DNA of 64,000 bases from Candidatus Binatia bacterium (GTDB lineage Bacteria > Desulfobacterota > Binatia > Bin18). Shown here one piece after another: positions 19,952 to 29,451 of this stretch (positions are counted from its first letter, which is position 1; every line of letters begins with the position of its first letter). The stretch spans positions 1-64,000 of the forward strand of contig CAXXHG010000047.1 of the NCBI GenBank assembly GCA_963666315.2, in the 5' to 3' direction. Under the pieces are notes generated by a model, which did not search any database, had not been told where the DNA came from, and saw only the letters and a list, made by a program, of their open reading frames with translations. The position numbers and the translations under genes are program-made.

Positions 19952-19981
19952 TGGCAGGCATAAGGACTGGGATGCTGAGCG

Positions 19982-20524
19982 ATGTTGGACAATATAAAAA
20001 TACGCACGTTAACGCTTGCCGACCAAGATGCAGCTGTTGCAATGATTAACACAGCAGCGCAGTGGTATCAGGAATTTTTACCGGCAGAGGAATATCACGA
20101 TCCGGAAATGACTCCCGGCGAGTGGCAGACGGAAGCCAAGCGCCTGACCTGGTATGGTGCTTTCCAGGCGGAGGTATCGGCGGAGGCGCCGACGGAGGTA
20201 CTGCTTGGAGTGATGGGCTTGGAATACGTCAAAGATGTCGTTCTGCTCCGGCATGCGTATATCCTGCCCGAGCAGCAGCGGCGCGGGGTCAGCTCTCGAC
20301 TGCGTGAACACTTGGAGAACCAAATCCGTGGTGTTGGTCGGATTATTGTTGGCACCTACAGCGGGAACTATAAAGCGCGCGCGGCGCTGCAGGGTGCCGG
20401 GTATCGACTTTGCGCGGACTCAGAAGCGGTGCTCAGGGCCTATTATGCTATTCCAAAAGATCGGCTGCAGTCTTCAGTGACATACGAGAAGGTCATTGAG
20501 GAACCTTCTCTGCGCCCACGATAG
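19982..20524 (+). CDS. GNAT family N-acetyltransferase
   Basis: GVMGLEYVKDVVLLRHAYILPEQQRRGV. Confidence 0.85.
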   Translation: MLDNIKIRTLTLADQDAAVAMINTAAQWYQEFLPAEEYHDPEMTPGEWQTEAKRLTWYGAFQAEVSAEAPTEVLLGVMGLEYVKDVVLLRHAYILPEQQRRGVSSRLREHLENQIRGVGRIIVGTYSGNYKARAALQGAGYRLCADSEAVLRAYYAIPKDRLQSSVTYEKVIEEPSLRPR

Positions 20525-20534
20525 GACGCTAGGC

Positions 20535-21111
20535 CTAATCAAACACTCGTTTGACTGGGCAGCGAAAGCCGTCGATAACATCCCCGCCGTCGAGCTCGCC
20601 CGTGTCCCCAAGGGCCTGCGCGTCATGCAGAGAACGGTACACAAAGATCGTACGGGTTGCGGGCTCGACCACCCATACGAGCCGTGTACCGGCAGAAAAA
20701 TATTCGGCCACCTTGGTCTGCATCGCTTCAAAACGATCCGCGGGAGCAACGACCTCAACCGCAAGGTCGGGCGCAAAAGGCTAGTAGGTCTTTCGGAATG
20801 CCAGCTGGAGGCAGGTGGGCGGCTGCCACAAAAGAGGCATCCGGCGCACGGACCGTATCCGGATCTTTTTGGAGTACGTAGCCAGCCTGTGCTCCGCACA
20901 CTACGCCAAGATTCTGGGCCTCAACATATTCGTCCAGTAATCGTGATAGGCGGGGGATAAGTTTCCCATGTTCGCCTCCAGCCAAGACCATGCGCGTTAA
21001 CTCTCCTTTAACCAGCTCACACTTTTCATGTGTACCAGACAGTGCAGATAAATCATCTGCAGTGAGCTGTGCATGCTGTGCCTACGGTGATTGTGGAGCG
21101 GAGGATGCCAT
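20535..21111 (-). pseudogene. Uma2 family (DUF820) endonuclease-fold protein, disrupted
   Basis: ELVKGEL, PDTVRAPDASFV, KVAEYFSAGTRLVWVV; in-frame TAG near 21083 and a frameshift near 20780. Confidence 0.85.
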
Positions 21112-21171
21112 ATATTTCTCAAGAGGAGGGCATACATTTCTCAATAAGCAGGACGCGTATTCTGTGCAGGG

Positions 21172-22317
21172 CTAGTCCGCCGCTAGCAACGGGGCTGGGG
21201 CGGACTGGAGAGTACGGCGTACTCCAGTACGTTCGAGAATAGGCAACACTTTGTCAATGAGGTCTCTCACTTCCTCTTCAACATGTCGAAACGTCAAGCC
21301 AACCGCATCAACACCAGCTTCTTGAAACTGAGCCAGATCTTGTGCGACGTGTTCCGGCGTGCCGATGAGTTTACCACTTCCGACGCCGACGACAACATTA
21401 CGCAGCATCTCTTCGACCGAAAGACCTTGGCCCAGGGTTGAAGCGACGGTGCCGACTGTTTGGCCGGTGAGGGCTTCCAGCCACTCTTTGGCGCTGTCGA
21501 GATCGGCGTGCGCCAGAATCTCTTCCACTTCTTTTTGGGCAGCTTCTTCAGTGTCTCGACATAACATAAAGAGATATACAATGACTTTGACCTCACGACC
21601 GCGTTGCGCGGCTTGGGCGCGTACATCGGCGATCTCCTGCGCCAACTGGTCCAGAGATTGGGCGCCAGCGAAGTACCAGTCACAATATTTGGCGGCAAAA
21701 CTCCGTCCCACCGGCGAGCTGCCCGCATTATACAGGAGCGGCGGCTGGGCCGGTTTCGGATGACACGTCCCCTGAGTGATGCAGAAATACTCGCCCGTGT
21801 AGTCAAACCAGTCTTCCGTCCAGAATTTCTGCAGCACTTCAACAAATTCGGTTGACTGGACATAACGTTTGTCGTGCTCAAGTAATGGAATGCCGAGCAT
21901 GACAAAGTCATTTTCCGCCCAACCGCTGACAATATTGAGCGCCCAGCGACCACGGCTGATCTGATCCAGAGTGGCTCCGATACGGGCAACCACACCTGGG
22001 TGATAAAACGCGGTATGTACGGTGGAGATGATTGTAAGGTTCTGTGTGGCCATGGCTAAGCCCGCAGCCGTAGTGAAGGAGTCAAGCGAACAGCTCCAGA
22101 AACGTGCCGGGCCAAAGCCGCTCCCACCACGTTGGGCCATAAAGAAGACCTCAAGTCCGGCCTGATCGAGCAGTTTGGCAACACGCAGATTGTATTCAAA
22201 CGTGGGTTCTGTGCGCTGCTCAGCAGAAGAGACCAGCACGAAGGCATTCGTACCAAAGGACGGCGAGCAGCCGATGGTGGGGGCAAAGACCCCGAGTTCG
22301 AGGTGTCGGTCGCTCAT
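21172..22317 (-). CDS. LLM-class flavin-dependent monooxygenase (SsuD/SfnG-like)
   Basis: HPGVVARIGATLDQISRGRWALNIVSGW, YNAGSSPVGR, LIGTPEHVA. Confidence 0.9.
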   Translation of the reverse strand: MSDRHLELGVFAPTIGCSPSFGTNAFVLVSSAEQRTEPTFEYNLRVAKLLDQAGLEVFFMAQRGGSGFGPARFWSCSLDSFTTAAGLAMATQNLTIISTVHTAFYHPGVVARIGATLDQISRGRWALNIVSGWAENDFVMLGIPLLEHDKRYVQSTEFVEVLQKFWTEDWFDYTGEYFCITQGTCHPKPAQPPLLYNAGSSPVGRSFAAKYCDWYFAGAQSLDQLAQEIADVRAQAAQRGREVKVIVYLFMLCRDTEEAAQKEVEEILAHADLDSAKEWLEALTGQTVGTVASTLGQGLSVEEMLRNVVVGVGSGKLIGTPEHVAQDLAQFQEAGVDAVGLTFRHVEEEVRDLIDKVLPILERTGVRRTLQSAPAPLLAAD

Positions 22318-22362
22318 AGGCTTTCTCTTTCTCTGTGTTCTAGCCCACCGTATTTTCTGTGG

Positions 22363-22914
22363 TCAATCCTGATCTGGCTGGTCTGGCAAGTTTGGTTGCC
22401 TTGGCGTGTTTGGCAAATTTCGTTGGTTTGGCGCTGTACGCGATGGAAACCAGCGCGGTGTGACTGCATGATATGCGCGGTAATCAGCACCAAAACGTTT
22501 CTTCAAATCAGGCTCTTCAATATAGAAGACATATACGAGGCTGACCAGCAGGAGAAGCAGGGTATAAGCCAAGACATTCGCGGACTGGAACCACACGGCC
22601 TGACCGCATAACACTCCGAGGAGTCCGACAACCATGGGGTGTCGGATATGGGCATACGGGCCGGCGACGACCATGCGCCGGGGCGGGTCAAGCGGGAAGG
22701 GCGTGCCGTCGCCACGTCGGACCAGATAATACGCAGCAGAAAAGATCAGAACGCCGCCGCCAAGGCAAAGTGCGATTCCCATCATGGAGAAGATCAGTGC
22801 GAAGGGGAGAAGGGCGACTGTCTCAAAGTGGCGCAGCTTCCACGGCAAATAGCCAATGAGGAAGCCCGGAATAAGAAGGGTATAGACTGTGGCGCGGAGT
22901 CGGACGGACAGCAT
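22363..22914 (-). CDS. Isoprenylcysteine carboxylmethyltransferase/PEMT family membrane protein
   Basis: GDGTPFPLDPP..VVAGPYAHIRHPM, EEPDLKKRFGADY. Confidence 0.9.
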   Translation of the reverse strand: MLSVRLRATVYTLLIPGFLIGYLPWKLRHFETVALLPFALIFSMMGIALCLGGGVLIFSAAYYLVRRGDGTPFPLDPPRRMVVAGPYAHIRHPMVVGLLGVLCGQAVWFQSANVLAYTLLLLLVSLVYVFYIEEPDLKKRFGADYRAYHAVTPRWFPSRTAPNQRNLPNTPRQPNLPDQPDQD

Positions 22915-22999
22915 GACTAGCGTAATATTTAGAGCGGCGAGCCTGTCCTGGGTGGTTATTCTGAATGACCGCTGGACTCCTCAATAAGTTGCTCTGGCT

Positions 23000-23773
23000 T
23001 TACTCCCCGCGAAACACTGGCTTACGCTTCTCCAACATGGCCCGAACGCCTTCTTGCGCATCCTGGCTCTTACGTGCCTGACGCACCAGGGTTTGTATGT
23101 CTTCATGTTCAATTGAGTTGCGCAGCGAGATCATACGCAGAATGCCCTTTTTCATCCCGGCCAGGGAGAGGGGCGCATTCATGGCAATCGTCTGAGCCAG
23201 TGTCATGGTTGTAGACTCCAGCTCTTGTGCGGATACGAGCTGATGGACCATGCCGATTTCATACGCGCGCTGAGCACTCACCGGTTGGCCGGTAAAAAGC
23301 ATTTGCTTCGTAAAGGCCGGGCCAATAATCTCAACCAGTTTTTGTCCCAACCGAAACGGAACCACGAGGCCCAGGCGGGCAAGCGGCATGCCGAACCGAG
23401 CGGCTTCAGAAACTACACGCAGGTCACAATGCAGGGCGAGCTCGCAGCCGCCGGCTAAGGCATCGCCTTGCACCATGGCAATGGTCGGATGCCGAGACTC
23501 TTCAATTTTTCTCAGCAGTTCGATAATGCCGGTTTCTATATCTCCTTCGCCTTGCTGACGGGCGCTGAGTTCACGCAAATCCAGGCCCGAACAAAAGGCT
23601 CTGCCCTCACCCCGGATCACAACCACACGGACATCAGTATTATTTTCCAGTTCGCCGAAATAGTGCTCCAGCCCGTCCAGCACCGCCGTATTCATGGCGT
23701 TGCGCTTCTCCGGCCGGTTGAGCGTAATCGTGGCAATACCGTTGTCGATCGAACACAGGATTTCTTCAGCCAC
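23000..23773 (-). CDS. Enoyl-CoA hydratase/isomerase family protein
   Basis: TLNRPEKRNA, AFCSGLDL, GGCELAL.CD. Confidence 0.95.
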   Translation of the reverse strand: MAEEILCSIDNGIATITLNRPEKRNAMNTAVLDGLEHYFGELENNTDVRVVVIRGEGRAFCSGLDLRELSARQQGEGDIETGIIELLRKIEESRHPTIAMVQGDALAGGCELALHCDLRVVSEAARFGMPLARLGLVVPFRLGQKLVEIIGPAFTKQMLFTGQPVSAQRAYEIGMVHQLVSAQELESTTMTLAQTIAMNAPLSLAGMKKGILRMISLRNSIEHEDIQTLVRQARKSQDAQEGVRAMLEKRKPVFRGE

Positions 23774-23877
23774 AAGAGCCTCCTTTATTGCAATTGCGCT
23801 TAGCTAAGCGGTTTCCCTGGGGGAGGTCAAGGTGAAGAGGGTGTGGGTCTCTATAGATTCTTAGCGATGTTATAGTG

Positions 23878-24099
23878 CGTAGGCTGGGTTAGCAGGGGTC
23901 GCGTCTACCGGAGGTGTCGGATTACGCTCCGCTAATCGGACCTACTGAACTCAGCACTTGTCATTCTGAGGAGCATCGCGACGAAGAATCTATCGGTCGG
24001 CACTGAGCACCGAGCCGGGGACCTTTCTGTCGAATCCGGTGTGTCCTAGCCTGCATCATAAATCCGGTGGCTGGATTCTCCACTGCGTTCAGAATGACA
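23878..24099. repeat. Cluster of REP-like palindromes (GTAG-type plus an inverted TGTC-type pair)
   Basis: GTCGGATTACGCTCCGCTAATCGGACCTAC; TGTCATTCTGAG...GAAGAATCT (23959-23991) and inverted GATTCTC...TTCAGAATGACA (to 24099). Confidence 0.65.
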
Positions 24100-24235
24100 T
24101 CAACGAACAGGGGACTCATCTAAGGGCTAGGGTGAGGGTTTCAAGGACCCCTTCGAACCGTTGCGCTACCTCGTTCCATTCGAGAATGCCTTGCTGACCT
24201 AGTAGGTTAGCCTCTTGACCATTCCTCTTCTGTCT

Positions 24236-24255
24236 GTTAGTGAACGTTCACTAAC
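24236..24255. promoter_or_regulatory. Putative TetR operator (perfect 20-bp palindrome)
   Basis: GTTAGTGAACGTTCACTAAC, 2 nt before the tetR ATG and overlapping the -10 position relative to TTGACC at 24215-24220. Confidence 0.75.
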
Positions 24256-24257
24256 TT

Positions 24258-24836
24258 ATGGACATACTGCAACAGAAACCGCACACCAAGCGACCCGCAA
24301 TAGTCCAAGCGGCGCTCTCCCTTTTTGCCGAGCGCGGACGCAACGGCACGAGTATGCGGGACATTGCCCGAGCGGCTGGGGTACAGGAAGCTGCCATCTA
24401 CCGCCATTTTGCCAGTAAGGAAGCGCTGGCCCGAGAAATTTTCCTCAGCGCGTATATCTGGCACTGCACGCGGGTGCAGGGAATTGTGACCGGCGGTGCA
24501 CCGCTCACCGACACACTCCGCGCCATCGTCCAGCAGGAGTTTGGCATGGCTGAGCGCTACCCTGAGGCCTTTGTGTACGTGTGTGAGAACGAACAAAAGT
24601 TTTTCGCTGACTTGCCTGCTGGCGTGTCCACCGTACGGACCCTGTTGACCGAGTTCATCACACACGGGCAGGAGCGGGGAGAGCTGGCGACGGGAGACCC
24701 GGAGCTGATTGCCGACATGCTCAGCGGAGCGCTGTGCGAAGTGGCGTTGTCGTGGGTGCGCCGACAGCAGGGTGATCAGTTGCGGTGTCACACCGACCTG
24801 GTGGCTCAGAAGTGCTGGAGCATGATGTGCAGATGA
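24258..24836 (+). CDS. TetR/AcrR family transcriptional regulator
   Basis: AALSLFAERG..GTSMRDIARAAGVQEAAIYRHFASKEAL helix-turn-helix. Confidence 0.95.
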   Translation: MDILQQKPHTKRPAIVQAALSLFAERGRNGTSMRDIARAAGVQEAAIYRHFASKEALAREIFLSAYIWHCTRVQGIVTGGAPLTDTLRAIVQQEFGMAERYPEAFVYVCENEQKFFADLPAGVSTVRTLLTEFITHGQERGELATGDPELIADMLSGALCEVALSWVRRQQGDQLRCHTDLVAQKCWSMMCR

Positions 24837-24955
24837 GTGGTGTGAACGATGACCACCTGAACGCGTAGACACCGTGCGACACCGATCAGGACCGGTGAGC
24901 GAAGGCGCACGAAGCCGCAAAGAGTTTCTGGATATGACAAAACGGAGGAACACCC

Positions 24956-25519
24956 ATGGAAGCACCGCTGTGGTTACTACTCGCCTGGGGCGGGATCGGC
25001 TCCATTGATTTTGTTTATAACCATATGTATCGCTACCGCCTCCACGCGCAGGCCACCAGTTTGCAGGAACATAGTGTCCACACCCTGCTGACATTGGCCC
25101 TCACCGTAACGGTGGTGATGTTGGTCTTTGTCGAAATGGGGACGCTAGGGTTCACAATCTTTCTCGGCGTACAGGCCTGTGCGGTGATCTTTACCCTGTG
25201 GGATGTGTGGATCGAGCCGGCGTCGCGGGCGTCCTTTGGAGGACTGCCTCCAGACGAATGCCTCATACATACGATTGTTTTTATGATCCATGGAGCCTTC
25301 TTGTGGGTCGTGATTGCCAATGCCGACCTGTTAGTGCACGGTGCGGGTTTCGGAGTATGGCGGTGGCCTTCCCTGCCCACATTCTTACTGCTTGAGGCGG
25401 TGATCTTTGCAGGCGTGGCTGTCGGCGTCCTCGCCTTACACGTCTACCTGCTGGGTGTGAGCTATCGGACGTTCAAAACGGTGCCTGGGGTTGCGAGTGA
25501 AGGAACCAGCCGTTCGTAA
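24956..25519 (+). CDS. Hypothetical membrane protein
   Basis: About 5 hydrophobic segments with His/Asp/Glu motifs (D..YNH...RLH, EH..HT, D...E..SR...GGLP..E..IH); GGAGG RBS. Confidence 0.8.
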   Translation: MEAPLWLLLAWGGIGSIDFVYNHMYRYRLHAQATSLQEHSVHTLLTLALTVTVVMLVFVEMGTLGFTIFLGVQACAVIFTLWDVWIEPASRASFGGLPPDECLIHTIVFMIHGAFLWVVIANADLLVHGAGFGVWRWPSLPTFLLLEAVIFAGVAVGVLALHVYLLGVSYRTFKTVPGVASEGTSRS

Positions 25520-25543
25520 AGTCAGCTGGCGATTGGAGGAGCA

Positions 25544-26839
25544 ATGGTATTCCGAAGTGTCTTGAGTGTGGTTCTGTTCTTGTCGTGTGGGGTGTCGGTA
25601 CATGCCGAGCCCGCGCGTACGTGGAGCACTGTTGCCGAGCTCTCCGAGGCAGAGCGTGCCAAGCTCGACCTGCGGACCGACACGCCCCGTGACCCGCAGG
25701 TGCCGTACCTGCCGGCCGAAAAATACCCCTTCGCTCCTCCCTATACGGCCGAAGAGCTGGGGTATCGGGGAGTCATGGAGTTTACCCATATGCCGCGCTG
25801 GTCCTGTGCCGTCACCGATGCGTTTGGCTCAATTACCAGTGGTGGCTACCTTCAACAGTTCAAGACCCCAGGCGTGATCCTCTATATTCCTGAGGGGGGA
25901 TTGGCCGGGCAGCTCTATACGACCCCGCCGGGCAAAGAGTATTTTCGCTGGCTCTTTCATTATACCGATCCACCGGAGAGTGCTGGCGATCAGTTCATCT
26001 GGACCGGCTACCGGACGGATCAGACGTTCTTGACCCGGCTCGACTCTTTCTTCTATTCGCTCTCGCAGCGGCGGGTCCGCCGCATGCCGCAGCCCCGGCG
26101 CGATGACCGGTTTGCGAACACGGTCCAGACAGTAGACGACGTCCTAGGCCGTGAAGCCTGGCAGTTCTCCTGGCGGTTTGTGGGCACCGATGTGCTGTAC
26201 GAGACCGTACGCTTTCCCAACACCCGCTCGACCGTCACGCTGGCTGGACCTGACGGCACCTTGACGGACAGGCCGGTACAAGATCTCAAGATGCTTGGCG
26301 ATCAGTATCCCTATTATACCGCCGAAGGCGGGGTCGCCTGTTATGTGGTGGCAGCAACTGCCCGCGAGGAGTGGCTGCCCGACTTGTCCACTCCTCAGAC
26401 ACTCTACTGGCTTGACCGGCACCACTTCTACCCGCTGCGGATCGAGAGTTACGATCGGCCAGGGAAGCTCGTCAAAATTGAGGTCAGGACCGCACGCCTG
26501 GTGAGACCGGATCTCAAGGAGCGCGGCTACGCCGCCTTTATCACCATCTACTACGACCTGGCCCTCGACTTCATGACGTACGGTTTTCACGATGGCCATC
26601 AGACACGGGAATGGTCCGAACAGGACCGGCAGGTGGTGTTCAACCCGGACTCTATGCGGCGGGGATGGACGCAGCCCCCTGTGGACATAAAGGAAGAAAT
26701 CCGCACTCCGCAGGAGTTCTACTTACGGCCACAGCTGCACCGGGAGAAGTTTCCCCAGGACCGACAGATAGAAGTGCCTGCCGCCCTGGAAGAACGGATC
26801 CGTGCCCAGGACGCAGCCGGACACCTCGTGTTCGAGTAG
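25544..26839 (+). CDS. DUF1329 family secreted protein
   Basis: Signal peptide; YSLSQRRVRRMPQP..DD, YWLD...YP..IESYD..GKL.K; GGAGG RBS. Confidence 0.75.
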   Translation: MVFRSVLSVVLFLSCGVSVHAEPARTWSTVAELSEAERAKLDLRTDTPRDPQVPYLPAEKYPFAPPYTAEELGYRGVMEFTHMPRWSCAVTDAFGSITSGGYLQQFKTPGVILYIPEGGLAGQLYTTPPGKEYFRWLFHYTDPPESAGDQFIWTGYRTDQTFLTRLDSFFYSLSQRRVRRMPQPRRDDRFANTVQTVDDVLGREAWQFSWRFVGTDVLYETVRFPNTRSTVTLAGPDGTLTDRPVQDLKMLGDQYPYYTAEGGVACYVVAATAREEWLPDLSTPQTLYWLDRHHFYPLRIESYDRPGKLVKIEVRTARLVRPDLKERGYAAFITIYYDLALDFMTYGFHDGHQTREWSEQDRQVVFNPDSMRRGWTQPPVDIKEEIRTPQEFYLRPQLHREKFPQDRQIEVPAALEERIRAQDAAGHLVFE

Positions 26840-26849
26840 GTCGTGGAAG

Positions 26850-27034
26850 CACAGTCGCCGTGAGAGCGCGTGGCGATGCCCGTACCCTGCGGCGGTTTCC
26901 AGCACGCAGCCTCTCGCCAGAACGGTCAGACGGTGGGCCAAGTCGGCCGTATACTTGGCGAGAATCAAGGGCCCCAAGTACTTGTCATAGTTCTCAGGAA
27001 TCGACCCTGTGAAAAGGTGCTGCGTATTCGTCAT
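26850..27034 (-). pseudogene. Class I SAM methyltransferase N-terminal remnant
   Basis: FTGSIPENYDKYLGPL...VLETAAG, then frameshift and truncation. Confidence 0.75.
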
Positions 27035-27188
27035 AGTTCAATTATTCTTCTGTAAGGATTAACTTGTAAAAATGTATTTTGACAGACCGCAGTAAACCAA
27101 AACGTACTGCCAATAGTTAGTCATAAAAAACCACCTGGAAGTGAAATCATAAAGATGCGTTTCAGGTCTTATTGCGGTATCCTGCGCA

Positions 27189-28255
27189 CTACGATGTTCC
27201 GGACACACCATTGATCAGACTATAAAAGGCGCCTTTTTCCAGGTGTTCGCCCATAGGGAAAAGTCCTGTGGTATAGGGATCGATTTCAAACCCTTTCACG
27301 GCTCTTGCTGCGAGATATCGGCGCAGCTGTTCCGCCCGGTCAGTTTGCCCCAGTTCCCTGGCCAGGCAATAGGCCCAGGATGTCGCGATTTCGTTTGTCG
27401 AAGATTCCTCCTCAAGCTCAAGTTCGTCGACTTGAACATAGGCGACATCTCCCTCGAATACCACATTTCGCTGCCAACTCTCGAACCATTCGGACACCCG
27501 TTCGGGCACGCCCCAATCATCAGGAAAAGCGCCCAGATATCGGTGCCAACCGCGCGGTTTTCAACGTTTGCGACAGCCTTGTTCAGTTGGGTGCCGAAGT
27601 AAAACAACGAGCCGGTCTCCTCGTTGCACAGGAGATTATCCTCAAGGGTCGATAACCAATCGGCATTCGCGGCGGAAAATTTGGTTTTGAATAGGCGGTC
27701 ATGAAGCACATTGTTGATCAGCATGTGTGCATTGCACTGCACCATTGATACGTTGTTGAAGCAGCTCACGCCGCAGCTGGCAGACTCCGACGCCTGTTTC
27801 CAGAGATTGCGGGAGAGATCGCTGTAGGTCGTCGCGCTGCCGTCGAGTTCGATGTGGTCGGCCGGCGGCTCTCCAAAGGCATCGATGTAGAAGCCGACAA
27901 ACGTCGATATACGCCCGGCATATGTCAGGTTTCCCTTCTGAAGTGGCTACTCTTCCTGCCAGTCATGCCAGTACATCCAGCATCGCTGATCAATCAGGCC
28001 TCGATAAATTGTATCAAGCTGAGGCCGAAGCTTATCGGCCCGGCTTGGATCTCGTTTGAGCGCCACGAAATGCCCCAGCGCCGAATAAGCAAGGTGATAC
28101 CGTCTCCCCATGGCCATCGAGTCATCTTTTGGTTGGTAAATTCGGGTCCAGTCGCAATCCGGACCTGAAAAACAAAGTTCGAGTCGTTCCAATGCCGCCG
28201 CAGTCGCGTCACTTATAGTCGTTTGTATCGCTTTCAATGATTTTATTTTTTCCAT
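27189..28255 (-). pseudogene. Linalool dehydratase/isomerase-like protein, disrupted
   Basis: RYHLAY, WMYW, PLQKGNLTYAG, CFNNVSMVQCN...HDRL parallel LinD motifs; in-frame TAG at 27947-27949 and a frameshift near 27510. Confidence 0.65.
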
Positions 28256-28274
28256 TGTTCCTCCTTATAAATGC

Positions 28275-28530
28275 ATGACTAAACAGTGTACGCGGGAATC
28301 CCTCTGGCGGCGTATCTAGTTTGACCGTAAACGTCCGAAACGGATCTTCTTTGCTCCAGCCTATCCACGAAAATCCTACCTCCACTAACAACTGAGGCAG
28401 GGGTTTCAGGGCGATGCCTGCATTCACTTGATGGGGAAGTGTCAACGGGATCGTGCCTTTTGTGTTGACACGGTCGATCCCAAGCCCCTCTGGGAATGTC
28501 AAGCGGACATCCCCGTCAAAGTTGAATTCG
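28275..28530 (-). pseudogene. FadL/OmpP1/TodX outer-membrane transporter internal fragment
   Basis: FDGDV...LTLPHQVNAGIALKPLPQLLVEVGFSWIGWS..F matches the FadL barrel pattern. Confidence 0.55.
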
Positions 28531-28870
28531 CGAGGTGTTTAGTAGGCCACAGCAAAGGTCAGCCAGTCAGTCAGCGAGCTCGAGGTTAACCTAAGATTTT
28601 ACCGCATATTTCAAAGCAACAGATCTTTAAGTCCAACAAACCTGGCAAGATTTATTTTGAAGCCAAATGGTTGTCAAAAGATAATAAACCACTGAAAAAA
28701 ATTATTCAGCACTTTAAAAATAATATCGATGAAATTGTTAGGGGTATAGCAGAGTAGAATGATCGACTTATTTTTCTGCCAGGTTTAGCACGTTTACAGG
28801 TGAAGTTACTCCGGTTTTCCAGACGTGTCATGAAGTGTCCGGGCTACACAACAACACGGGCTTGATCCGG

Positions 28871-28922
28871 CTAGCCCCATTGATGGGGCGCTATCTTGTA
28901 GCCTGGCGACTTTATCGCCGGG
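28871..28922. repeat. REP-like palindromes
   Basis: TAGCCCCATTGATGGGGC and GTAGCCTGGCGACTTTATCGCCGGG. Confidence 0.5.
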
Positions 28923-28964
28923 CGGAGGCCGGCATAGGAGGAAGCCGCCGCCTCCCTGGGAACA

Positions 28965-29435
28965 TTATTCACTGAACTTCCACGTATTCTCCGCCGTGCC
29001 GCTGACTTTCCAACGCGGAACAACAATATTGGGCTCGTTGGTCTCTTCAAATTCCACCTTGACCGGCAGCCCTATTGCCACGTCTTCTTCGTCGTCCAGC
29101 ATGACACCAATGACGCGGACTAGTGACCCGTCGGCCTCGTGACAACCGTCCAGTTCCACTAATCCGACGACATACGGAACAGCCTCGACAAAGGCTCCCA
29201 TAATGGGTTGGGTGACGACGACATAGCTGTGCAGCACCCCAGTCCCTGCCGTTTCAAACCAGCCCAAATCCATGGAGGTGCATTTGGCGCAAGCGGGGAA
29301 TGGTGGGAACCATTTGTGACCGCACGCATTGCATTGTTGAACGAGATACTTCTTCTCTTTTGTGCCCATCCACCACTCGGCGCTGTCAAAGTCGGGCACG
29401 ATGGTGAGTTTGGTGTAATCAATATCGCCTGGCAT
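28965..29435 (-). CDS. DUF35 Zn-ribbon/OB-fold protein (ChsH2 C-terminal-like)
   Basis: QQCNACG..WFPP..ACAKC, G.LHSY, VPYVVGLVEL. Confidence 0.92.
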   Translation of the reverse strand: MPGDIDYTKLTIVPDFDSAEWWMGTKEKKYLVQQCNACGHKWFPPFPACAKCTSMDLGWFETAGTGVLHSYVVVTQPIMGAFVEAVPYVVGLVELDGCHEADGSLVRVIGVMLDDEEDVAIGLPVKVEFEETNEPNIVVPRWKVSGTAENTWKFSE

Positions 29436-29451
29436 GTGATGCTCTCCTTTG

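Noticed and set aside
21082-27949. In-frame TAG codons in the Uma2 and LinD-like genes as possible amber recoding
   Set aside because: Both genes also carry frameshifts, and many intact genes here (e.g. ispG) end in TAG; ordinary pseudogenisation is simpler.
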